In this document: positions 38,268 to 51,730 of the stretch, one piece after another | Layout of the letters: each line of letters begins with the position of its first letter | Numbering within the stretch: position 1 is the first letter of the stretch | Origin: Octopus vulgaris | Taxonomy: Eukaryota | Reading direction: 5' to 3' | Assembly (NCBI GenBank): GCA_951406725.2 | Contig: OX597836.1 | Span: 16,802,001-16,866,000 of the forward strand | DNA length: 64,000 bases | Translations under genes and position numbers: made by a program | The notes under the pieces: generated by a model | What the model saw: the letters and a program-made list of their open reading frames with translations, nothing else | What the model was told of the DNA's origin: nothing | Database searches by the model: none

Positions 38268-38827
38268 ATATGTTATCTGGGTGCATTCTTTGGTAAACAA
38301 CTGAAATGTTGTTGACGATAGGTTTACCCCCACACACACACACACACCGGATCTGGGTTGACCTTGGGCTAAACAGTAAAAATAACAAAAAGAAGGCAAA
38401 CAAATATAAAACGAAAAAAGAAAAAAAATGAAAGAAAAGAAGGCCTTTCTGAAATTGCTCCATTCTGGTTTTTGTCAGTCAGTAAAAAGCTTAGTGAATG
38501 ATGTGGTTTGTGAAAGAACGAAGGGGAAAGAATGGAGAGAGAGAGAGAGAGAGATTGTTTAGTTTCTGAATGGCAAGTGGAGGCAGGTGTGGTGGTAGGC
38601 ATGGAGTTGAGTGTGCTGGGTGCATGTGTTCGTGCATGCGCGCGCGCGTGTTTGTGTGTGTGTACGTGTGGTTTTAGACAGGGAAAGCAGGACTCCGACA
38701 GCAACTAGTTAAACCAGGTTTTTCTCTGAATAAAATAAACTAAAACACTATCCTCCTTTTCCTCCAAATAGACATTGCCGAAGTAAAATTAACCTAATTT
38801 TCTGCTGTAACTGATAAATGCACGTTT

Positions 38828-38835
38828 GTGTATGC

Positions 38836-38887
<52 letters not shown>

Positions 38888-39060
38888 ATATATATATGTG
38901 TATGTGTGTATATATATATATGTGTGTGTGTGTGTGTATATATGTATATGTATATATATATGTATATATGTATGTATATATGTATGTATATATGTGTATG
39001 TATATATGTATATATATATGTGTATGTATATATGTATATATATATGTGTATGTATATATG

Positions 39061-39097
<37 letters not shown>

Positions 39098-39292
39098 TTG
39101 TGTATATGTATATATGTATATGTATATATATATATATGTATGTATATATATATATATATGTATGTATATATGTATATATATATATGTGTGTATATATATA
39201 TATTTATATAGATATGTGTGTGTGTTTCTATATATGTATATATATATATGTGTGTGTGTGTGTATGTTTATATGTATGCGCACACACACACG
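38828..39292. repeat. long compound (TA)/(TG) microsatellite
   Basis: Direct reading; source of spurious Y/I/V/C ORFs. Confidence 0.95.
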
Positions 39293-40019
39293 CATGTATT
39301 TGTTAGTTACAACACTGTATGTTGTAACTGACAAATATGTTTAGGGACACACAGACACACATAAATATGTATATGTACATATGCATATAATATATATCTA
39401 TATATATATATATTTGTGTGTATGTGTGTGTATAATGTATGCATTAATGTGTGTATATAAATATATATAAGTATTATGAACATCTTAGTCTCTTCTTTCT
39501 CCCCCCCCCCCTTTGTGTGTGTGTGTGTGTGTGTGTGGTTATATGTATTAATATACAGTCACTGTCTCCTTTCATCCTCTCTCTTTCCCACTCTTCATAT
39601 GCTCACAAACATAAGGTCTGTATTTTAAAAATGGTGGATAGTAAACAGTTAATTTCATACATAATTAGTGACACCACCCCCACTGTCTACCTACCCTCAC
39701 TAAAGGTACCCAGAGAAAAATAACCTGTCTGTGCAGAAATTAATTGTACTGAGATATTAAAATATGGTGGAGGCAGTAAATATGCTATTTATATTGTGCT
39801 TCTATAATAATTGAGGTAGTTTATCAAGTAGATTAATTAACCTTCCTAATGACTGTTATTTAGGGCCACTGTTAATCATTAGCATTGGCCCCTATTGGGT
39901 ATGGAAGTAACAGCAAGTTTTCCTTTACAAGTGTCATGGTCTTATGATTCCCCTTCTTTTAGCTCATCTGTGAAATATGATACCTGGTTAGGTTTCATGT
40001 CAGAAGCTCATGTGGCAGA

Positions 40020-40902
40020 CACACTTGCAGTTTACCCTACTCTCCCCACTCTAAAGTGCTCCCTAAAAATAATCTGTCATGAGACAAATACACTTGCAGA
40101 TCATCTTTCTCTTCTTTCCCATCCTAAACTGTTCCCTAAAAACCCTTACATCAAACAAATACACTTGCAGATAACCTTGTTCTTCTTCCCAACTTAAATT
40201 GCCCCCTAAAAACTTCACACAAGATAAATATACATTCAGAATATTCTACTCTCTCTCCCACCCTAAATTACTCCCTAAAAAGAAACCTCACATGCAATAT
40301 ATACACTTGCAGATCATCCTGCCCTCCCCACTCTAAAGTGCTCCCTAAAAATAATCTGTCATGGGACAAATACACTTGCAGATCATCTTTTTCTTCTTTC
40401 CCACCCTAAACTGTTCCCTAAAAACCCTTACATGAAACAAATACACTTGCAGATCATCTTGCTCTTCTTCCCATCTTAAATTGCCCCCTAAAAACTTTAC
40501 ACAAGATAAATATACATTCAGAATATCCTACTCTCTCTCCCACCCTAAATTACTCCCTAAAAAGAAACCTCACATGCAACATATACACTTGCAGATCATC
40601 CTGCTCTCCCCACTCTAAAGTGCTCCCTAAAAATAATCTGTCATGGGACAAATACACTTGCAGATCATCTTTCTCTTCTTTCCCACCCTAAACTGTTCCC
40701 TAAAAAACCCTCATATCAAACAAATACACTTACAGCTCATCTTGCCCTTCTTCCCATCTTAAATTGCCCCCTAAAAACTTCACACAAGATAAATATACAT
40801 TCAGAATATCCTACTCTCTTTCCCACCCTAAATTACTCCCTAAAAAAACCTCACATGCGACATATACACTTGTAGATCATTTTTCCCCACTTCTCACTAT
40901 AA
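40020..40902. repeat. higher-order satellite: four ~70-bp monomers in a ~282-bp unit, three copies
   Basis: ACACTTG anchors at 40021, 40303, 40585, 40866; monomers share ATACACTTGCAGATCATC...CCCTAAAA. Confidence 0.9.
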
Positions 40903-41054
40903 TTCATCATTTCCCCCTATCTTTGGCAGAATGTGCACAGACATGAGATAGTTGGCCCCTAGTATGAATCTGTTATTTGTCATACCTCATGATAGTTTTA
41001 TAAGCCATACTCTTTCCATGCTAGCTTAGGGCATGTTGGAAATAGGTACTAATC

Positions 41055-41337
41055 AACGGACCAATTCTGAAGATACACCTGTAAAAAAAAAAAGGTAATA
41101 TAAAAGGAGAAAAGGGCTCTCTACCCCCCCTTTTGACCGGGCTCCCATTGCTTTTATGGATTTTTCCACGAATAACCTTTTGAAGTGCCTCCCCCTATTG
41201 GGAGTTTTTACTTGTTATATTTTCGTTGTTATCTTGCATTTCAAACGGACAAAACCCTTTTTGTAACTTTCGTCTTGTATTTTGTCCTTACATGTTTTAT
41301 TTGATTTTTGTTAGCCCTTGTGGCCAATAAACGAATT
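41055..41337 (+). mobile_element. Tx1/L1-like LINE 3' end
   Basis: AACGGACCAATTCTGA...GCCCTTGTGGCCAATAAA; same family as 37607. Confidence 0.6.
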
Positions 41338-41930
41338 AAATTTTGGAGTGTTCCTCCTCATAGATTGATTGTCTTCACAGCAGCTAAGTAGTTCAACCAA
41401 GCCTTACAAAAATCTATTTAACCCCTAGATGGAACCCTGACAAGTACTACTATTCTGGGTCAGAACAAACCTAGGATGGTTGACTCCATGCTCCCCACAA
41501 CTACAAAACTCTTGAAATGGAGTCTCACCATAGGGCACAGGACATTCTCACTATAAATTTCCCCCTAAAGCCCCACATACTTTCAGATTATCCTGCTCTC
41601 CTTCCCATCATAAACTGCCCCTAAAAAAAACCAAAAAACCTACTGTCTTTAATATCAGATTGATATCCAACCATAATGAAACAGTCCAAAATGCTATCAG
41701 CACCTGCCAGAGCTTGCTTAGTTGGGGGTCACTCATTTATAAATTCATGTAAACCTTGTTATTGTAGCCCAGAGAATTTTCTGTAGCTGAGTATGTATAT
41801 ACGTGTATACACGGTTTTGATATTTCTCTGTCCATGTCATGTTTACCTGTCCTTCCCATGCCCTGCCTGCATATAATAATGTTCAACAGGCCTTCAACAA
41901 TAACAACAAAACCCTGTGTGTGTGCACATG

Positions 41931-41979
<49 letters not shown>

Positions 41980-42120
41980 ATGTACACACACACATTCAAG
42001 AGAAATATAACTCAAACATAAAGTAGGATATTTATAGTATGTTTACTATCATGAAGCTACACCAGTGGATCAGAGCCTGGTGCTCCATGTGAAAGCACTT
42101 CTTAAACTTGTGTATGTGTG

Positions 42121-42182
<62 letters not shown>

Positions 42183-42382
42183 ATATATATATATACATAT
42201 ACACATACATATATAAGCATATATATATATTTACATACACACACATATCTGTGTGTGTGTGTATATATATATATATATCCAGATTAGACTGGAGCCTGGT
42301 GCAGCCTCCTGGCTTCCCAGGCCCCAGTCAAACCGTCCAACCCATGCTAGCATGGAAAACGGACGTTAAACGATGATGATGA

Positions 42383-42425
<43 letters not shown>

Positions 42426-42932
42426 CATGTATGTATACATACATACATATTATGCACTCTCCTGTCGAATGGAGTATGTATATAGTATGTGTATATACAA
42501 CATTCATACAATGTATGAATGTTCAGCTTTTTTGCCGAACGACCAGCACAAATGATTTATTTATAGTGATCAAACGCTTGTGGTGCACATTAGCTCACTC
42601 CCTCCATGTAATCAACGTTGCCTGAACAGGTACACAGCACACCATGCTTCAGGTATCAAGGTGATCACAGAGCAAAGTGAGGTGAAGTGTTTTGCTCAAG
42701 AACACAACACACCGCCAAGTCTAGGAATTGAAACCATGGACCTTAAATGTTGACGATCATGATACATGGTAAGCCTCTCTCTGTTTCCATCCTACCGAAT
42801 CCATCCACGAAGATTTGGTTGACTCGGTGCTATATTATTATAGTAGAAGACACTTGCCCAAGGTGCCACACAGTGGGTTTGCAGCTGGAAGAAGATATAT
42901 ATGCATGTGTGTATCTTTTAATCTTGTACTTG

Positions 42933-42965
<33 letters not shown>

Positions 42966-43165
42966 ACACACACACACACACACAAACAAGCTTCTTTCAG
43001 TTTCTGTGTACCGTATCCACTCACAAGCCTTTGGTTGATCTGGGGCTATAGTAGATGACACTTGCTCAAGGTAGCACATAGTGGGCGTGAACCTGGAATT
43101 GTGTGGTTGGGAAGCAAGCTTCTTACCACACAGGCATGCCTGTGTCTATGTATAAATAATATACG

Positions 43166-43169
43166 TATA

Positions 43170-43212
<43 letters not shown>

Positions 43213-43433
43213 GGTGTATATATGTGTCTATAATATATACATATATGTATGTAAATATGTGTATATAAATATATATATGTATGCATGTGTGTGTGTATAT
43301 ATATATATATGGTGTATGTATGTGTCATAATATACACATATATGTATGTGTATATGTATGCATGTATGTATATATAAATATGTGTATATGAATATATATA
43401 TATTCATATATATATGTGTGTATATATATACAC

Positions 43434-43492
<59 letters not shown>

Positions 43493-43618
43493 GTGTATAT
43501 ATGTGTCTATAATATAAACATATGTATGCATGTATGTATATACAAATATGTGTATATGAATATATATGTATGTGAATATATGTATGTGTGGGTGTGTGTG
43601 TATATATATATATTTGTA
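43166..43618. repeat. compound microsatellite with block duplications
   Basis: TGGTGTAT..ATGTGTC..TAATAT block occurs three times. Confidence 0.85.
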
Positions 43619-43741
43619 TGGGTCCTACACTCATGTTTGGGATCCAGATAAAAGCTCCCTGGGACAAAATCTCACTCAGACAATACCTCCTCAGTTATGT
43701 TTTGGTTATTTTTCGTCTTTTTTTATTTTCTAAAAATTATT

Positions 43742-44075
43742 TTTTACTTGTTTTAATTATTGGACTGTGGCCATGTGTTAGCACTGCCTTGAGGACTTTT
43801 TAGTTGAATGTATCGACCCCAGAATTATTTTTTTGCTTGTTTCAGTCTTTGGACTGTGGCCATGCTGGGGCACCGCCTTGAGGAATTTTTACTTAAATGT
43901 ATCGACCCCGGAATTTTTTTTTTTTTTTACTTGTTTCAGTTATTTGACTGTGGCCATGCTGGGGCACCGCCTTGCAGAATATTTAGTTGACTGTATGAAC
44001 CCCAGAATTTTTTTTTATTTTCATACTTGTTTGAGTTATTAGACCGCAGCCATGCTAGGGTGCTACCTGAAAAAA
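43742..44075 (-). repeat. tandem array (~90-bp period, four units) of the SINE A 3' end
   Basis: CTTGTTT...GACTGTGGCCATG...CCTTG...CGACCCCAGAATT repeated. Confidence 0.75.
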
Positions 44076-44724
44076 TATTTTAGCTGCAGAAAAATCAGTA
44101 TTTAAAAATTTAAATTTAAAGTTGTTTGGTAACTTTTCTCTGCACTCAGCGATTAGTGAGAATAAGCTGACCTTTTGAACTTTCTCAGGCCACTGAAGGG
44201 CTAATAGAATTATGGCACCAAAGGCTAGTTGTTCAAAGCTTTCCCTTTTGTTAGAATTCAAACAATGTGTATATTGAATAGTAAATTAGAGTCTTGTGTT
44301 CTGTTATTCTATTCTACTTATTTATTTTCGACTGAATATTTTTTTGTTTACTTAAAAATTAGAATTTTGGGAAAATAAAAGTTGTTTTTTTTTTACAATC
44401 GCAATTATTGTTTTTGTTTATGTGAAATGATAAAAAATATTCAAGAGATTTGGCTGTTATTTCTAGCATGTGGAGAGACCTTCTAGGCTTAACTTCATGC
44501 ACCTGTTGAAAATCACCTAAAAATAAATTCTGGCATTGATGCATTCATCTATAAATTCTTCAAGACAGGGCCCCAGCATGGCCACACTCTAATGGCTGAA
44601 ACAAAAATAGAAAAAAAATTCTGGGATTGATATGTTCAGCTAGAAATTTTTCATGGCTGTACCCCAGCATGGCCACAGTCTAGTGACTGAAACAAATAAA
44701 AAAGGGGAAAAATATGAAAAATAA

Positions 44725-44828
44725 CCGAGGGAGTTTTGTCCACTTTCTCACTTTAACTCTGGGGGTTTTGTCCGAGGGGCTTTTGTCCTAGTAGGGTTTT
44801 GTCCTAGGGCGCTTTTGTCCTACACTCA
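44725..44828. mobile_element. DNA transposon end with subterminal GGGTTTTGTCC repeats (Mutator/Phantom-like, tentative)
   Basis: Five TTTTGTCC units ending in TACACTC. Confidence 0.4.
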
Positions 44829-44836
44829 TATATGTG

Positions 44837-44869
<33 letters not shown>

Positions 44870-45907
44870 TATATATAGGCATAAAGGCAAAATGCATTTG
44901 AAAAAGAAGTCCGTTAAATACCATGTATTAATAGAAAAATTCAAATCCCTTCACTACCAATAGAAAATTGTGTGTCTATGTAATACCTGTATGTTACTGT
45001 GTGTATGTATGTAGTATGTGTATATACATGCATATACACACACACATAATATCTTTATTTGATTGGTGGGGAGTAGATTTGAATTTTATCACATGGTATT
45101 TTTAACGATTTATTTTTTGTGTACACGCGGGGGTGTGTGGCTACTTTGTAAATTCTTCCTGTGTAAGGAAATTTTCAAATCTTAGCTAATTTGACAACTG
45201 TTCTCACTCTCTACTGCCAGCCTTTCACATAGTGCTTTACTTATCAACATATGTGCGTGCATGTGTGAGTCTATGTGTGTGTGTGTGTGTGTGGGTGTGT
45301 GTGTGCATGCATCTATATGTATGTTTTTTTTTTTACTTGTTTTAATCTCTGGGCTGTGGCCATGCTGGGACACTACCATGAAGAGTTTTGCTGTACAAGT
45401 CAATTTTTTTTCCATTTTTTTCTTTTAAAGCCAGGTACTTCTTCTGTTTGTATCTTTCATCAAACTGCTAAGTTACAGGGATGTAAACAAACCAACATCA
45501 GTTGTGAAATGGTGGTGGTTTGTTTATACACAAACACATACACATATATATATACGCAGCAGACTTCTTTCATATGCAGTCACAGACTCTGGCTGACTAG
45601 AGAGGTTGTGTAGTAGATGACACTTGCCGAAGGTGCCTTGCAGTGGGACTGAACCTAGAACTATGAGGTTGGTAAGCAGACTTCTTACCACACAACCACA
45701 CTTTTATATACTTGCATAGAGAGAGAGAGAGAGACATAAGCATGTGAGTGTCCATGTGTATATATATGGCAGTAATTTAGAAGTTTCAGTACAGACACCT
45801 GTTGAAGTGACTCAAGCTAAAAGTTCTCAAACCACTGAGTCACTTTCTGTTATTTCCTTGTGAAAATGCTACATCATACATCAGGATCTTCCAATTATCT
45901 GTTGACA

Positions 45908-46018
<111 letters not shown>

Positions 46019-46019
46019 C

Positions 46020-46050
<31 letters not shown>

Positions 46051-46098
46051 CACACACACCAACTTACCTACACACACACAAATGTATATATATAAATA

Positions 46099-46507
46099 GG
46101 CGTAGGAGTGGCTGTGTGGTAAGTAGTTTGCTTACAAACCACATGGTTCTAGGTTCAGTCCCACTGCGTGGCACCTTGGGCAAGTGTCTTCTGCTATAGC
46201 CTCGGGCCAACCAAAGCCTTGTGAGTGGATTTGGTAGACAGAAACTGAAAGAAGCCTGTCGTATGTGTATACATATATATGTGTGTGTGTGTATATTTTG
46301 TGTGTCTGTCTTTGTCCCCCCAACATCGCTTGACAACCGATGCTGGTGTGTTAATGTCCCCGTAACTTAGTGGTTCAGCAAAAAGAGACCGATAGAATAA
46401 GTACTAGGCTTATAAAGAATAAGACCTGGGGTCGATTTGCTCAACTAAAGGCGGTGCTCCAGCATGGCCACAGTCAAATGACTGAAACAAGTTAAGAGTA
46501 AAGAGTA
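46099..46507 (+). mobile_element. SINE family A, full length
   Basis: Near-consensus; preceded by long (TA)n at 45912-46050. Confidence 0.85.
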
Positions 46508-46529
46508 TAAATGCACACACACACACACA

Positions 46530-46803
46530 TATAAAAAATTCAAATCGGACCATGTTAACATCAAAAATTACATCAAAAAGGTGCTTTTTTTCTATGAAAT
46601 ACCCCTTTTTTTTTTCTTTTTTTTTTTTTTTTTACGATTTTTTTTATTGCTGTGTCGCCATTTTTCAGTGTATTTCAACCAGAAGAATGTTCACTTAAAG
46701 AGAATAACAAGCTACATAATGCAAAATTTATACTTTTCAAAAATTCCAATTCTAAAGGGTCGGAAAGAAAACAAGCCCGAGCAACGCTGAGCTATACTGC
46801 TAA
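46530..46803 (+). mobile_element. non-autonomous Helitron, 3' portion
   Basis: Subterminal imperfect hairpin GCCCGAGCAACGCTGAGC followed by CTAA|T (CTRR end). Confidence 0.6.
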
Positions 46804-47139
46804 TATATATATATATATATATATATCTGTCGTAATTCTGGCATGAGTATATATTTAGTAAAGTGAATGTGTATTTGCAAGCTGTTTTAATTTCTGTCAA
46901 CAGACTTCAAGTTTGTAACTGCAGCCAATAACTCAGGCTCCTTTTATTGAGTCTGGTTGCAGTTTATTTATTTTCATTCAGCATCTGGCAGTTGTCTTAC
47001 AGATGCTGTGTGTCAAAAAATATCATCCATAGTAGATGTTCTCTTGACATCCTTCTATAGAGAGATAAGGATTTAAATTCCAGTCTATGAAAAGTTTCCA
47101 TTCTATTCTACAATATTCTGGAAGGAATGAAAAATTATC

Positions 47140-47391
47140 CAGCAACTCGGGCTAATACGAACAAGCCTGGTGGGTGTAAAAAACCAAGTGGCATCTGTTG
47201 TCAAGAGTCAGATTGCAGATGTTCTTCCGGGATTTTCCATATGTATATGATAGTAGCCCAGTAGAAACATGGGCTACTATCATATACATATGGAAAATCC
47301 TGGAAGAACATCTGCAACCTGACTCTTGACAACAGATGCCACTTGGTTTTTTTACACCCACCAGGCTCGTTCCTATTAGCCCAAGTTGCTG
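47140..47391. repeat. ~250-bp near-perfect palindrome
   Basis: ~120-bp arms, 9-nt loop GTAGAAACA, about six differences. Confidence 0.95.
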
Positions 47392-48354
47392 TACCACAAA
47401 GAGAGAAGAGCAAAGACTGATAACGGCTCAAAGAGCCATGGAAAGGTCAATGCTTGGTATCTCGTTGAGAGAGCACATAAATAGCAACATCATATTGAGA
47501 CCCATATTGGAGTATGGGATTCAAGCCTCTTCTCCTTATCTCCTCAAAGACATACAGCATCTCGAAAGAGTCCAGAAGCTGGCTACCCGCATGGTTCATG
47601 GTCTCAAAAATTTGTCCTACGAAGAAAGGCTGAGGACGCTCGACCTTTATTCTCTTGAAAAACGCCGCCGCCGTGATGATCTCATTCTCGCCCACAACAT
47701 CATAAGCGGAAAGTGTAACCTCTCGAAAGAGCTGTTCTTCACTCCTGCTCCAGAGCGTCGGCTGCGGGGTCATTCCGAAAAGCTCTACCTGCGACGATTT
47801 CATCTCAATCGAAGGAGAGGAGCTTTCTCCGTCCGGGTTGCGGATCCGTGGAACAAGCTGCCAGACGAGATGGTGAAGATGCCAACGACCGCTTTGTTCA
47901 AAGCCTCCCTTGACCTCAAGTGGCCTGAACTCTTTACATGAACACCACCCTGTACTTAACTCCATGCCCCCCTACATGGCCTTGCTATTTGCTTTTGAGC
48001 CAAATTAACTAACTAACTAACTAACTAACTATCATCAGAAAGAAGTCCGGCGTGAGAGATGTCATCGCAGAGTATACTCGCAGCAAGTATAGATGGGCTG
48101 GACATGTCGCCCGGCTCACCGATAATCGGTGGACGCACGCAGTCGTCGAGTGGTACCCGCGTGAGCGGAAAAGACCACCCGGAAGACCTCCACGACGGTG
48201 GAGTGACGATTTCAAGAGGACGATTGGGATCACGTGGATGAGAAAGGCGCGATCCAGAGAGGAGTGGACAGCGTGCTGTGACCAGCGGTGTCAAATGGAC
48301 GCCTGACGGACTGGTCGGTCAAAGTGATCATATCACTTCGGTCAAAGTGAAGTG
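47392..48354 (+). pseudogene. 5'-truncated RTE-clade LINE (ORF C-terminus) split by a CR1 insertion
   Basis: TKREEQRLITAQRAMERSMLGISLREHINSN joins IIRKKSGVRDVIAEYTRSKYRWAGHVARLTDNRW...RPPGRPPRRWSDD. Confidence 0.85.
47494..48030 (+). pseudogene. 5'-truncated CR1-clade LINE (ORF2 C-terminus, 3'UTR, (TAAC)n tail)
   Basis: RPILEY...LERVQKLATRMV.GLKNLSYEERL...LRGHSEKL...FSVRVADPWNKLP; ATCAT at 47489-47493 and 48031-48035. Confidence 0.85.
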
Positions 48355-48547
48355 ATATGATAGTAGTCAAGAGAATAGAGACACAAAGCTTTTGGATGTC
48401 TCCAGTAATTAAGGTCTTTAACCAAAGTTATTTTACTGGTAAATGTTCTTTGTAACCTTTCAGTTTCTTCTATGAGACCAGGTGACTTTAGACTACACAC
48501 AAACACATGCACACAAATAGTTTACATGCACATGCATGCATTCATTC

Positions 48548-48920
48548 ATTTTACTTGTTTTAATCATGAGACTGTGGCCATGCTGGGGCACTGCCTTGAG
48601 GAATTTTAGTCAGACTAATCAATGCCAGTATTTATTTTCGTTGTAAGTCTTTTACTTATTCTATCAGTCTCTGTTGCCAAACCACTAAGTTATGGGGACG
48701 TAAATGCTCCAACACGAATTGTCAAGCAGTGGTGGGGAACAAACACACACACACACACACACACACATACACACACACAGTGGTCTTGTTTCAGTTTCTG
48801 TCTACCAAATCCACTCACAAGGATTTGGTCTGCCTGGGGATATGGTAAAAGACATTTGCTCAAGGTGTCACACTGGGACTGACCCATGTGGTCGGGAAGC
48901 AAACATCTTGCCCTCCCACA
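48548..48920 (-). mobile_element. SINE family A, older copy
   Basis: Diverged reverse match. Confidence 0.75.
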
Positions 48921-49018
48921 CACACACACACACACGTCGCGACTCCCTTCAGTCATGAATAGCTATGCGATTGCACCTACCTCTGAGACACAAGTCCGGG
49001 TATGGTTGTTTATGGAAG

Positions 49019-49212
49019 GCAGTGAGCTGGCAGAAACGCTAACACACGTTCTGAGCTCAAATTCCGCCGAAGTCGACTTTGCCTTTTATCCTTTCGGGGT
49101 CGATAAATTAAGTACCAGTTACGCACTGGGGTCGATGTAATTGACTTAATCCCTTTGTCTGTCCTTGTTTGTCCCCTCTATGTCTAGCCCCTTGTGGGCA
49201 ATAAATTAATAA
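49019..49212 (+). mobile_element. SINE B with 15-bp TSD
   Basis: GGTTGTTTATGGAAG at 49004-49018 and 49213-49227. Confidence 0.85.
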
Positions 49213-49262
49213 GGTTGTTTATGGAAGACCAGCAATCACCCATGCACACCAGCCTCCCCTCT

Positions 49263-49491
49263 CATCATCATTCATCATTGTTCGACCGTGGTCGAGACAA
49301 TAGAATTTACTATGTTACGCCAGACTTCACTGTCCATCATAGCATTACGGAGATCCTGTTGCTGGATGCCTGTATCCCTGGAGATTACATCAGGGTAGGA
49401 GAGTGTGCACCCTCTGGTATTGCGAGTAGATGGCTTCCAGAGGAGAAGAGTAGAAATTACTTCTTTTTCACCTACCAGGCTCGTTCCTATT
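49263..49491 (-). mobile_element. RTE-like LINE 3' end with 12-bp TSD
   Basis: AGCCTCCCCTCT on both sides; homologous to 56080-56165; (TGA)n tail. Confidence 0.8.
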
Positions 49492-50240
49492 AGCCTCCCC
49501 TCTACATGCCACTGATGTTACCCAAGGGAACTTGGCACCAGTGATGTTGCAACTCATTTCTACAGCTGAGTGAACTGGAGCAACGTGAAATTAAGTGTCT
49601 TGCTCAAGAACACAACACACAACCCAGTCCGGGAATCGAACTCACAACCTCACCATCATAAGCTTGACACTCTAACCACTGAGCCACACACACAAACACA
49701 CACATACAATAAGCTATACAGTATAAACAAAACAACAAAGCATTAAAACATATTCACAGGCACTTGTAGCCAAGGCCCTCTATAGTAGGCACTCTATGAG
49801 AGAATGGCACAGGGTAGGGCGTTGCTTGCCCTTTCCTGCAATTTGTCTGGGAGTTTAGGAGTTTGTTTGCCCATTAAACAAAATAATGAGGATGAAAAGA
49901 CAAAAAAAGAGACAAAATGTAATGTCCATTTGGGGGACATTTTTTTATAAATGTGTGCATTCAGTTGGAATCAGGGTGGGAGATAAACAGATCTTCCCCC
50001 TTCACTCCCATCTCGTTTTTTCCTCTTTCATTAGAACCAGTCCTTTTCTTTCATGTAAAAAAAAAAAAAAAAAAAATTAAAAATTAAAAATAAAAAAGAC
50101 AAAAAAATAATCTCAAAGGCTGTTGTGGGTCATGACCCAGATTTTCAGTCTCATTGGATTCAGATGTTTTTTTCTTTCTTTTCTTTCTTTCTCTTTTCCA
50201 AGTCATGGTTGATGTATATAGGAAAGTAGGGCAACCTAGA

Positions 50241-50275
<35 letters not shown>

Positions 50276-50740
50276 CATGTTGTAACATGTCTGTGGTGGT
50301 GTGATTCTATACATTGAACAAGTATGTGCGTTTGTGTGTGTGTGTGTGTGTGTGCAACATGTTGTTCTTGTTGCTTTATCACCCTTCCAAACCCCAACAA
50401 AAACTCCCTTGCTATAATGGACCTCTAAGTAGGAACAGCAGGCAATGGGTGGACTGACTATAGTTTTAGTGTATGTGTGTGTGTGTGTCCCCTTTTTTGC
50501 TTGGGAATTTTTTCTATAGAATTTGGCTACTATTTCCAGCAAGGTGAACGGCCGTGTTGATGGTCTTCCTTTGATGTCCTGGTTTTTACTCTATCAAACA
50601 ACTGAAGTCACACAGTGAGTCACGGGCCTTAGGTCAATTGTGGTTGAGCAGGTATAAAAAGACATTCCTGCTGTGACCAATTCTTCTGACTGGAAAATTA
50701 GTAAACACATGTAATACACACACACACATAAATCCACACA

Positions 50741-51124
50741 CTCTTTTACTTGTATCAGTCATTTTGACTGTGGCCATGCTGGAGCACCGCCTTTAGTCGA
50801 GCAAATCGACCCCGGGACTTATTCTTTGTAAGCCCAGTACTTATTCTATCGGTCTCTTTTGCCGATCCGCTAAGTGACGGGGACGTAAACACACCAGTGT
50901 CGGTTGTCAAGCAATGCTAGGGGGACAAACACAAACACACACATACATACATATACATATATACGACAGGCTTCTTTCAGTTTCCGTCTACCAAATCCAC
51001 TCACAAGGCATTGGTTGGCCTGGGGCTATAGCAGAAGACACTTGCCCAAGATGCCACGCAGTGGGACTGAACCCGGAACCATGTAGTTGGTTAGCAAGCT
51101 ACTTACCACACAGCCACTCCTACG

Positions 51125-51159
<35 letters not shown>

Positions 51160-51456
51160 TCATCATCATTTAACACCTGTTTTCCGTGCTGGCATGGGTT
51201 GGACAGTTTGACCGAAAACTTGTATGCTGGGGAGCTGCACCAGGTTTCAATCTGATTTGACTTGATTTCTACAGCTGGATGCCCTTACTAATGCCAACCA
51301 CTCCAAGAGTGTAGTGGGTGTTTTTTACATGCCACTGGTGCAGGTGCCAGTTATGGTTCTGGGTTCAGTCCCACTGCGTGGCACCTTGGGCAAGGATCAA
51401 CTATAGCCTCAGGCCGACTTGTGAGTGGATTTGGTAGATGGAAACTGAAAGAAGCC

Positions 51457-51497
<41 letters not shown>

Positions 51498-51730
51498 GTG
51501 TGTGTGTATATGTTTGTATATCTGTGTTTGCGTCTCCCCCCACCCCAACATCACTTGACAACCGGTGCTGGTGTGTTTACATCCCTATAACTTAGCAGTT
51601 CAGGCAAAAGAGAATAATAGAATAAGTACCAGTCTTACGAAGAATAAGTCCTGAGGTTGATTTGCTCAACTAATGGCGGTGCTCCAGCATGGCCACAGTC
51701 AAATGACTGAAACAAGCAAAAGAATAAAAG
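50741..51730. mobile_element. SINE A (-, 50741-51126), SINE C (-, 51157-51350), SINE A (+, 51352-51730)
   Basis: Family motifs as above. Confidence 0.8.

Larger units (their letters stand above)
48937..49688 (-). mobile_element. SINE family E interrupted by two younger insertions
   Basis: tRNA head and Meta-like domain at 49550-49688; body resumes across both TSD pairs. Confidence 0.7.

Noticed and set aside
40020-40902. Telomere-like CCCTAA motifs
   Set aside because: Isolated CCCTAAA within 70-bp monomers, not tandem (TTAGGG)n
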